Shown here: positions 13,354 to 22,593 of the stretch, one piece after another
Numbering within the stretch: the stretch's first letter is position 1
How the letters are laid out: each line of letters starts with the position of its first letter
Assembly: GCF_016433145.1 (NCBI RefSeq)
Contig: NC_058132.1
Coordinates: 8,191,210-8,255,209, forward strand
Reading direction: 5' to 3'
DNA length: 64,000 nt
Source: Gracilinanus agilis
Taxonomy: Eukaryota
Program-made: the position numbers and the translations under genes
The notes under the pieces: generated by a model
The model's input: the letters and a program-made list of their open reading frames with translations, nothing else
What the model was told of the DNA's origin: nothing
Databases searched by the model: none

Positions 13354-14174
13354 TATGAAAGGACATTCTTGGTTCTCTATGTCTATTCTGAGTTTACACT
13401 TACAAAAAGGGAATCCTTTGTTCTCTTAGCTTAGTTGGAGTTAAAACTTTGGTTAACAATAACTTAAGTACCCCTACTTAGTACCTCACTAGATTGTGAG
13501 GACAAGATTAATTCTCCTTTGTCTACCTTTTGATTGAATCAACACAAGCTTGAACTAGGTGGAGGAGCTCAGAACCACTTGGTGAATTAACACCCTGCTT
13601 GGTGCTGGGTCTGAGGCCAGTAAGGGCCTCACCCTTTTTTCTAGTTCAAATAGTTGGAGACTTTTGAATTCTTTTGGGAGTTCACACACTTAGAAACGTG
13701 TGAATCCTAGGAGGAGAGTTAACATCTTTAGAGGTGAGAAGTCAATCCCACAGACACTGCCCATGGGCAGGGCTGGACAATTTGGAAACTGGAGTTGGCC
13801 CCTGTGAAGAGGGGCAGGGATAGGAAACCACCAAAAAAGGCTGAGGGCAGTCTCATGAAGTTCAGTCTAGTGGAGAGTGTCTCCTGAAGATAGTCTTTGG
13901 GAAACTTCACTGGAGACTATGGCTTGGATTCGTGGCATCAATTTGGATTTTGACTCCTGGACTACTTTATTGGGTGAGTGAAAAGGCTGATTCCTTCCTA
14001 GTTTCCTAAGAGGCTAGCTTCCATCTTGGAGGCCTGGTAGTTGCTACTGGCCCTCCTGGCTGAGGACTAGTATAGGTATTTCCCTTAACCTCTCTCACAT
14101 TTCTCTACTTTATTGTTTCTCCTCTATTTTGTAAATAAACTTCTGTCTGGCAACCACTAAATTTAACCTTTACA
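13354..14174 (+). mobile_element. Solo LTR (821 bp) inserted into a SINE
   Basis: Starts TATGAAAG (likely mutated TG) and ends TTTACA; AATAAA at 14134-14139; 4-bp TSD GTGA (13350-13353 and 14175-14178). It splits the SINE core GTTAA-GTGA-CTTGCCCAGGG. Confidence 0.8.
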
Positions 14175-14299
14175 GTGACTTGCCCAGGGCTACCCAGCTA
14201 GGAAGTATCAGATTAGAACCCAGATCCTCACAACTTTAGGCTGGTACTCCATTGTGTTATCTAACTTCTGATACCCTCCACCCCACACATACCTCACCA

Positions 14300-14500
14300 C
14301 CAATTTAGACACTAACTGGGCGACCTGAAAAAGTCATTTAACCTCTATTTGCCTCTGTTCCTTCATCTGTAAAATGGGGATCATAGTAGCACCCACCTCA
14401 CAGGGTTGTGAGGATCAGATGCGGTAATATTTGTAAGGTGCTTAGCATAGTGCTTGGCACATAGTAGATGTTATAAACATGCTTATCATCACCATCATCA
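14300..14500 (+). mobile_element. MIR SINE
   Basis: ..AAGTCATTTAACCTCT..CATCTGTAAAATGGGGATCATAGTAGCACC..GTGCTTGGCACATAGTAG. Confidence 0.75.
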
Positions 14501-14517
14501 TCCCTTATTAGAGATAT

Positions 14518-14889
14518 TGAAGTAGAATAGAGTAAATAGCCATAACTGAAACTAGATGAAAGCCCCCTACATGCTTGGGGAAACAGCCAAAAACCCTACA
14601 TGCTTGGGGAGACAGCCAAAAACTACTAACTACAAAGGCTACAGAAGTTCCACTTCAGGAACTGCAGGGCACCCCTAAGTCTATTGACACCCGCCACCTC
14701 CTGAGCTACATCCTGCTTTCACAAAACACCAACCCGGAACCCCGAACATATATAATCTTTACTCTGACTATGCCCCCCAGAACTCTCTTGCTGAGCTTCC
14801 TCTAGCGTGCTAGAAATAAAGACTTCCCTTTGCTTGGATTGCATTGTCTCCGTGTGCTCCTTTGGCGGTCATCTGCTCGGACCCTAACA
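14518..14889 (+). mobile_element. Short solo LTR (372 bp)
   Basis: TG...CA termini; 4-bp TSD ATAT (14514-14517 and 14890-14893); AATAAA near 14815; internal 29-bp tandem duplication CCTACATGCTTGGGGA(A/G)ACAGCCAAAAAC. Confidence 0.85.
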
Positions 14890-17800
14890 ATATGTTACCC
14901 TGGCCAAGTAATTTAATTCCTCAAAGTCCTGGTTTCCTCATCTATAAAGTGGAAATAATAGAACTTAGATAAGAAAGTTGTAAGGAACAAATGAGATGAT
15001 CTTTTAAAAATACTTGGTAGCCCTCAAGCTGATCAATAAATACTAGTTATTGTTATTAGAATGTTCTAGCTGACTACTGAAAGGAGACTCTACTGGTGGG
15101 GGCTCATCATCTATTGTTTAAAGGAGTATAGACTCAAAGGGTACCTTGACTCTGGGGTAACCAGGAGACCTAATCTGAAAATTAGGCAGCAACATGGTTC
15201 TTATGAAGTCATCTTCCTGAGTTCAAATCTGGCCTCAGATACTCACCAGCTGTGTGACCTTGGGTAAATCACTTGACCTATTGAACTAAGTTTCCTAATC
15301 TGTAAGCGAGCCAGAGCCTTAAGGAAATGGCCAACCATTCTAGTATCTTTGTCAAGGAAAGTCGGACATGACTGAAATGGACTGAACGACTTCGGTTCTG
15401 ATGGGTCAGTGTTATATCTGGGGAATGGTAGACAACAATTTTGTCTGTTCCGGGCTGGTGTTTGAGTTCTCAGGGGCTATTTTGGGTGGTTCTTAGTTTA
15501 AAGAAGAGAACGAGTTCCGGCCCCTGACCCCTTCCTTCTGGGGGTGTTACGACCAGTGTGATAGGCTGCCCCGTTTCAAGCCCTTCCCCACATCATTTGC
15601 TTTGAGCAAGTCCAGGCTCCTAAAGGAGCATCTTCCTGTGTCATCCGGAAGCCCCTTGGATTCTGCAGCCAATTCCACTCGCTTGGAGGTTTGCTCCACG
15701 TTTGCCCATATACCTTTGGGCTCTCCAGCCCTCTTGGCCTTTCCCTCCTCTCGCTTGCCTTTGATGTCCATCCAACCTCCCAGATTGGGGATTCTCTCAG
15801 GGGGGGGAAGTGGTTCAAGGTGAAGGCATTCAGTGATGGGATCTACCCACGGGAGCCTCTGGGCTGGTGACATCGGAAGAGTAGAAAAGAGCCAGGATGG
15901 GGGCCCCGGGCTAAGGCCTTGAGTCATGCCCACAGGTGGGCGACCTGAAGGGAGCTTCCTCTGGTCTTCCAACACCCCAGTGAATGGAGGGCCCCCCTAT
16001 AAACATGACCAGGCGAGCCCTGCCACCTGCAGGTGGCTTCCTGGTCCTCCCTTAGCCCTAAGCCTCCATGTTCTAGGCACAAACGTGGGGGAAGTGCCTG
16101 GGGGCATCCTTTCAGGAAGGGAAAGGCTGGCTAAAGGCTCTGGGGACATCCCTATCAAGTGATAAAACAGGCCAGGAAGAGGCCTTAAGTGCCCAGAGCT
16201 CCCAGGGATCTGGCCAGCTTGGATGTACCACGGGGCTTCCTGCTGATGACCAAGGAAGATTCGGCTGCACAAGCAGGACCAGTCACGGGCCGTCCTGTGG
16301 CGTTTTGGGCCTGGAGGACTTGCAAAGCCCCTCGCTTTACAGATGAAGCAGACGAGGTGGGATCTGAATCCAGGACCTCTGCCTGCAAAAGCAGCACCAG
16401 GCCCTCGCCTCGTGGAGAAGGAGCTCTCTCCTTCGGGCTCCCATTGCCGAAATCAAAAGAGAGGCCGCAGGAAAACAGCTGTTTATTCCAAAAATCCCAA
16501 AGTTACACTGCCTCTGGCTTCCAGGAGGAGGCCCAGGGCAGAGCGGGGCGTGGGAGGGACAGAGAGGCCCCCCCCAAGAGCTCTCGCTCTCCATCCCTGG
16601 CAATCACAGCACAGAAAAGGCGGAAAGCGGTCGTGGGGAGTGGGAGACACTGCGTGTCCTGGGTGCTGCTCGGCTCCTCGAGGCCTCCCCCCACCCCCTT
16701 CTGATCCCCCCGTCCTGGCCCTTCCCCGTTATGGCTTATCATCGTCTAAGGGGCACGGGCAGCCCAGGCACATAGGGCAGTCCACCGCCTGGGTCCTTGC
16801 CAGGGAACGAGGGGGAGGGACCAGAGGCTGGGTGGGAGACGAAACGGTGGCGCTGGAGGAGGGCGAGGAAGGCCTCGGCGCAGGACTAGGGGCCAAGGGT
16901 CCTGCCGTGAGGCATGAGGGGAGTCGCGCCCGGCTCCTTTCCCTGCCCTGTCAAGGGCTTGGTTTCACCATCAAGGTGCAGATGGAGCCGAGGGCAGAAG
17001 TGCAGGCATTCGGGGGGGGGCAGACTGGGGACAAACTGGGGAGAGCCCTCCCACCTTGCCCCGTGGGCTGGGGGAGGGGGTTTTAGCCCTTTAGTGTTGG
17101 GGTATAGACACCCCCAAATCATGGCTATGTACAAGGGGGAGGATGAGTTGTGCATTGGGAATGGGGGGGAACCCCCCAAACAACAGAAAGGCTCCCTGGG
17201 GGAGAGAAAAAGGGAGCCGCCTCGGAACGGCCAGCCCCATCCCCTGCCGTCCTCCGGGCTTCACTCTGCCCACCCCTCACCCCCAAACACAAGGCCGAGG
17301 CCCGGACGGGACGGTTTGAGGTCAAGGCAGTCAGAGGGGTCTGAGGTCGCGGCAGTGAGGACGTAGAGGCAGTGGCATGAGGAGGAGGGGCCCTTTGGGC
17401 CCTTGGCAGTGGGCAGGGACCCCCAACTAGGACTGGCCAAGTCCAGAGTGGGCAGTAGCCCACCCACACGAAGGGAGAATCAGGTCATTGAAGGCCATTC
17501 CAAGAGGAAGCGGCTGTTCCGGGCAGAGAGAGCCATTTCCCCTCTGCCTGGGGGTGGGGGTGGGGGGTGGCAGCCATGACATCTTTGGGGGCTGCCCGGG
17601 AGGGAGGTGACGGCATCAAGGAGGCGGCTGACTGGACAGCAGTGGTGGCATCACCCCTGGAGGCCCACGGGAGGAGGCGGTGATGTCGCCACCCGGCGTC
17701 CAGCGTCCAGGGAGTGATGCCACGCCGTGCCGCAGAGGGAAACGGTGACGACAGTGACGGCGGATGCCTACTAAAGCGGGAGGGGGGGGGCCGAGGGGTG

Positions 17801-17924
17801 CCGAGGGACGCCCCAGAACCTCCAGGCGGACTCCAGGGCTCGAGGGCTGGCGACGCTTGGGACAGCCTGGGGAGGCGGGGTCACTGGCCCTGGGAGAGGA
17901 GCGTCCTCCCTCGCTGGGCCCTGG

Positions 17925-18834
17925 TCACTGGGGGCCCCCGCTCAGAGGACACCCGAGCGCCGGGCTCCCTTCTGGGAAGCCCAGGGAAGACGCACATTGA
18001 TCGCTTGGAGGGTGTCCAGGGGACGGGGAAGGGCCGGAGTCCGTGTCCGGGGAAGGGCAGTCCAAGGAACAGGTTGCGGCTGGCCTGGAGGTTTGGGGGG
18101 CGTGAGGGCAGTTATGGGGGGACGAATTCCATTTGTCCCACCTGCCCACGAGGCCAGGTCTAGGGGCGATGGGGGAAGCTTGCCAAGAGGCAGGTTTCAT
18201 CTCCATGACACGAAGAGCTCCCCCGGACGTCATGGGCCGCCCCAGGAGGCTCAGGTCCCGGCCCTGCAGGGCTCCGGCCCAGCCTGCAAGACCACTCACT
18301 GGAGACAAGGCCGAGGCAAGGGCGGGCCATCGGGGCATCCTCCCGCCCCCGTCGTGCCCCGACTGTCCAGGGAGGAGGAGGAGGTCCTGGAGAGCATGGA
18401 CGGGAGGGGGCCGGAGGCCTGGGCTCCTGCCCTGCTCCTCCCCAGGCAGCCGCCCGCCCAAGAAAGCCTTCCTGGCCAAGATCCCAGGAAGAGTGGAGTC
18501 TGCAAGGAGAGACAGCCGGAGGCGTCCAAGGCGGGGCGGGGATGGAGCCTCTGGGGAGGGCGTGACAGGAAGGGGACCAGCCTCTGGAGGCGCAGGCTTG
18601 GAGATGACATGGCCGGAAGAAGGGCATCCGCCGGGCACTTCAAGCCTAGGGAGACAGTGGCAGGACAGGAGCCCAGGGAGTCCGTTAGCCTCTAGCACCT
18701 CAGGAATCATGGGAACGGCTGGGGATGACGTCACAGGAAGGGGCGGGGCTTCGGAGACGACGTCATGGGGATGAATACTTTGTGGAAATGATGTCACAGG
18801 AAGGGGGACATGTGGGGATGATACCACAGGAAGG
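17925..18834 (-). other. Unidentified stop-free Pro/Ser-rich ORF (at least 303 codons, open into the gap)
   Basis: One minus-strand frame has no stop from 18834 to 17925 and carries PLPV(T/V)SSP-like motifs. It is not recognised as a known gene. Confidence 0.35.
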
Positions 18835-19334
18835 NNNNNNNNNNNNNNNNNNNNNNNNNNNNNNNNNNNNNNNNNNNNNNNNNNNNNNNNNNNNNNNNNN
18901 NNNNNNNNNNNNNNNNNNNNNNNNNNNNNNNNNNNNNNNNNNNNNNNNNNNNNNNNNNNNNNNNNNNNNNNNNNNNNNNNNNNNNNNNNNNNNNNNNNNN
19001 NNNNNNNNNNNNNNNNNNNNNNNNNNNNNNNNNNNNNNNNNNNNNNNNNNNNNNNNNNNNNNNNNNNNNNNNNNNNNNNNNNNNNNNNNNNNNNNNNNNN
19101 NNNNNNNNNNNNNNNNNNNNNNNNNNNNNNNNNNNNNNNNNNNNNNNNNNNNNNNNNNNNNNNNNNNNNNNNNNNNNNNNNNNNNNNNNNNNNNNNNNNN
19201 NNNNNNNNNNNNNNNNNNNNNNNNNNNNNNNNNNNNNNNNNNNNNNNNNNNNNNNNNNNNNNNNNNNNNNNNNNNNNNNNNNNNNNNNNNNNNNNNNNNN
19301 NNNNNNNNNNNNNNNNNNNNNNNNNNNNNNNNNN
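18835..19334. other. Assembly gap (exactly 500 N, placeholder size)
   Basis: Round 500-N run, the same size as the gap at 44968-45467. Confidence 0.95.
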
Positions 19335-19341
19335 CCCCCAG

Positions 19342-22300
19342 GCCCTTCAGGCCCCCGCGTGTCACGAGAACATGGTGAAGGTCGGGGGCTACATCCTGGG
19401 CGAGTTCGGGAACCTCATCGCGGGGGATCCCCGCTCCAGGTGAGGAGAGCGGGGCGGGCGGGGAGGGTGGTGGGGGGGGGCCTCCGTGCCGACCGGCCTG
19501 GCCCTGTGCCCGCACAGCCCCCCGGTGNNNNNNNNNNNNNNNNNNNNNNNNNNNNNNNNNNNNNNNNNNNNNNNNNNNNNNNNNNNNNNNNNNNNNNNNN
19601 NNNNNNNNNNNNNNNNNNNNNNNNNNNNNNNNNNNNNNNNNNNNNNNNNNNNNNNNNNNNNNNNNNNNNNNNNNNNNNNNNNNNNNNNNNTGCAGCAGCG
19701 GGCCGTGGAGTACCTGACCCTCAGCTCCATCGCCAGCACCGACGTCCTGGTCAGTGGGAGGGGCGGCGGCGGGGCTCCGCGGGCCCCTGCGGCCTGCCCA
19801 GCCTGAAGGCCTCTCTGCCCCCAGGCCACGGTGCTGGAGGAGATGCCCCCCTTCCCGGAGAGGGAGTCGTCCATCCTCGCCAAGCTCAAACGGAAGAAGG
19901 GCCCCGGGGCCGCCGGCACCCTGGACGATGGGCGCAGGGAGCCCGGGCCCGGAGGCGATGTGAATGGGGGCGTGGAGCCAGCCCCCAGCTCTGGGGTAGG
20001 AGCAGGCGGAGAGGGGGGCGGCCAGAGGAGTGGGTGGCTGTCTGCCCACCCGGCACTACCCAGGGACCCTCTCTTTTCAGTCCACACCCTCGCCCTCTGC
20101 CGACCTCCTGGGGCTGCGGGCGGCCCCTGCCCCCACGGCCACCCCGGCTCCCACGGGTGCCGGCAGCCTTCTGGTGGACGTGTTCTCAGACAGCCCCATG
20201 GGGGGCCCACCCAGCCTGGGGCCCACCCCCGAGGAGGCCTTTCTCAGGTACCCGGCCCTTTCTCCTGGGTTGGCCACCTGCCCACCCCTCTGCCTGGCCC
20301 TCTCTCTCGGTGGCCTGTCTGCCCCCCACCCGCTGCCCCTTCTCTCTCAGGCTGCCCCCTCTCTGGGGCCTCCCCCTCTGGCTCCTCTCTTTGCTGTCCT
20401 TGGGCTGAGCCTGCTCTCCTCTCTCTGCCTTGCTGCCTCCCTGGGATTGGCCGCCCGCCCTGTCCTCCTCCCGTGTCTGTCCTGGGATCGGATGGCCCAG
20501 TGAGCTGGAGCCCCCCGCCCCTGAGAGCCCTATGGCCCTCTTGGCCGACCAGGCTCCAGCTGCTGAGTAAGGGGNCGCCCCTGAGAGCCCTATGGCCCTC
20601 TTGGCCGACCAGGCTCCAGCTGCTGAGTAAGGGGGAGGGGGCCGGAGACCTGGGGCCTGAGGGGTGGGGGCTGGCTGCAGGGGTCAGGGAGGGGGCCGGG
20701 GTGCTGGGGGCCCCAAAGGGGGAAGCCCTGGGAGGGGGAGCCCCGAAGGGGTGTGGTTTTTGCCCCTCCTCGGCCCGGCCCTTGTCGCCTCATCTCTCGT
20801 CTTTCCTTCCAGCACAGCAGCCGAGGACCCCGGTGTCCCCATCCCTGAGGCCGATGAGCTTCTGAATAAGTGAGTTCCAGGGGCCGGGGAGGCCTGGAGA
20901 GGCAGGGGCAGCCCCAGAGTCTGGGCCCGCGGAGGCCTAGGCTGGCCCTCACCGCTGGCCCTCGGTCCCTACAGGTTTGTGTGCAAGAACAACGGGGTCC
21001 TCTTCGAGAACGCTTTGCTGCAGATCGGGGTCAAGTCTGAGTTCAGGCAGAACCTGGGTGTGTGAGCCGGGGAGCGGGAGGGTGTTTGGGGGGGCAGGGC
21101 AGGGGCCCCTGGGGGCCAGGCCGGGCTCAGTTGTCTCTTTTCCAGGCCGCATGTATCTCTTCTATGGGAACAAGACCTCGGTCCAGTTCCAGAACTTCTG
21201 CCCCACCGTCAGTCATCCTGGAGACCTCCAGACTCATATCCTTCTCAAGACTCGGGGCCCCAATTCTGGGCCCCCCATCCCTGCCCTCCCCCACGTCTTA
21301 GGTGCCCTGCTGTGGGGCTCCCCCTCCCCAGTCCCTGTTGCCTGCCCAGGTTTCCTTCCTTGACAGCCTCCTGGGGGCACAGCTGGTGGTACAGACCAAG
21401 CGGGTGCCAGGGCAGGTGGATGGGGGTGCCCAGGTGCAGCAGGTCCTCAACATTGAGTGTCTGAGGGACTTCCTCACACCCCCACTGCTGACTGTGCGTT
21501 TCCGGTGAGAGGCTGAGGCATGGGGCCTCAGGAGGTGTAGACAGGGCCAGGCCTGGTCCCCAGGCTGTGGGGTGGGTGGAGAGAGCCTTGGGAGGTGCAC
21601 ATGGGGCTGGCCTGGTGCCCAGGCTGACCAGTAGTACCTAGCCTGGCCTTCCCTTGCCTCCCTGCTGCCCAGGTATGGGGGTGCTCCTCAGGCCCTCACC
21701 CTCAAGCTGCCGGTGACCATTAACAAGTTTTTCCAGCCCACTGAGATGGCTGCCCAGGATTTCTTCCAGCGTTGGAAGCAGCTGAGTCTGTGAGGAGCCG
21801 CCAGGCCTGGGTCCGGGGTGGAGGGCCAGGGGATTGCGGGCTTGGCCCCGAGGCCGGCCCGGCGGGGGCTCAGCCTTTTCTCTTTCCCTCCCGCTATCCC
21901 CAGCCCCCAGCAGGAGGCCCAGAAGATCTTCCAGGCCAATCACCCCATGGATTCAGAGGTGACCAAGGCCAAGGTGAGGGGCCGGGACCCCCCGGGTCAG
22001 GAGGGGGTCGGGGACCCGGGCTGGCGCGCCCTGAATCTGCCCGCTTTGTGGTCACAGCTCCTAGGCTTTGGCTCGGCCCTGCTGGACAACGTGGACCCCA
22101 ACCCCGAGAACTACGTGGGCGCCGGCATCGTGCAGACCAAGGCCCTGCAGGTGGGCTGCCTGCTGCGGCTGGAGCCCAACGCTCAGGCCCAGGTGAGTGG
22201 GGGCGGCCCCCCAAGGAGGGTCCTCCCGGCCCCCCCTGCCCACGGCCCCCTGACCCCTGCTTCCTTGTCTCCTGGTGCAGATGTACCGCCTGACTCTCCG

Positions 22301-22358
22301 CACCAGCAAGGAGAGCGTGTCTCGCCACCTGTGTGAGCTGTTGGCCGAGCAGTTCTGA
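19342..22358 (+). CDS. AP2A1: AP-2 complex subunit alpha-1 (alpha-adaptin A), 3' portion only
   Basis: Exons 19342-19439 ([32 protein letters not shown]), 19518-19749 (contains a 163-N gap), 19825-19995, 20081-20247, alternative exon 20501-20566, 20813-20869, 20975-21057, 21146-21235, 21381-21504, 21673-21789, 21904-21973, 22058-22192, 22281-22358 (ends [10 protein letters not shown]). Matches the human AP2A1 trunk end, hinge and ear. Confidence 0.97.
21236..21380 (+). other. U12-type (minor spliceosome) AT-AC intron in AP2A1
   Basis: 5' end ATATCCTT, branch site TCCTTGAC at 21357-21364, 3' end AC. Only this junction restores ...[13 protein letters not shown].... Confidence 0.93.
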
Positions 22359-22543
22359 CCTTGCGCCGGGTGCGCCCAGGGCAGATCCGGCCTCCTGCTG
22401 GGGGGCCGCCCTGCCCTTTTGTATCTATTTTTTCATCTGCTGCTGTTTACAGTGTCGGGGCTCCTTCCTGAAGCCCAGAGGGGAGGGCCCAGGCCGCCCC
22501 CTCCTCTGCCCTGCCCCCAGCCCGCCGTGTATCCACGTGATCG

Positions 22544-22549
22544 AATAAA
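22544..22549 (+). terminator. AP2A1 polyadenylation signal
   Basis: AATAAA 185 nt after the stop codon. Confidence 0.8.
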
Positions 22550-22581
22550 GACGTGAGACGCTGGTGTGCTGGCGGTGGCGC

Positions 22582-22587
22582 TTTATT
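22582..22587 (-). terminator. FUZ polyadenylation signal
   Basis: TTTATT on the + strand, 6 nt beyond the FUZ stop codon. Confidence 0.75.
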
Positions 22588-22593
22588 GGGGGC

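Noticed and set aside
15547-18834. Assignment of the unknown block to TSKS, PRR12, LMTK3 or SPATA31/FAM205
   Set aside because: No diagnostic motif was recognised. The RFWGVP segment only faintly resembles SPATA31-family motifs, which is too weak to name a gene.
18725-20408. Long ORFs of 200-430 aa in the ORF track spanning X runs
   Set aside because: Artefacts of translating through N gaps; the same applies to ORFs across 44294-45851.
20516-20634. Apparent tandem duplication of most of the AP2A1 alternative exon plus its donor (59 bp x2)
   Set aside because: The copies (20516-20574 and 20576-20634) are identical and separated by a single N, the signature of an unmerged contig overlap. The second copy lacks an acceptor.
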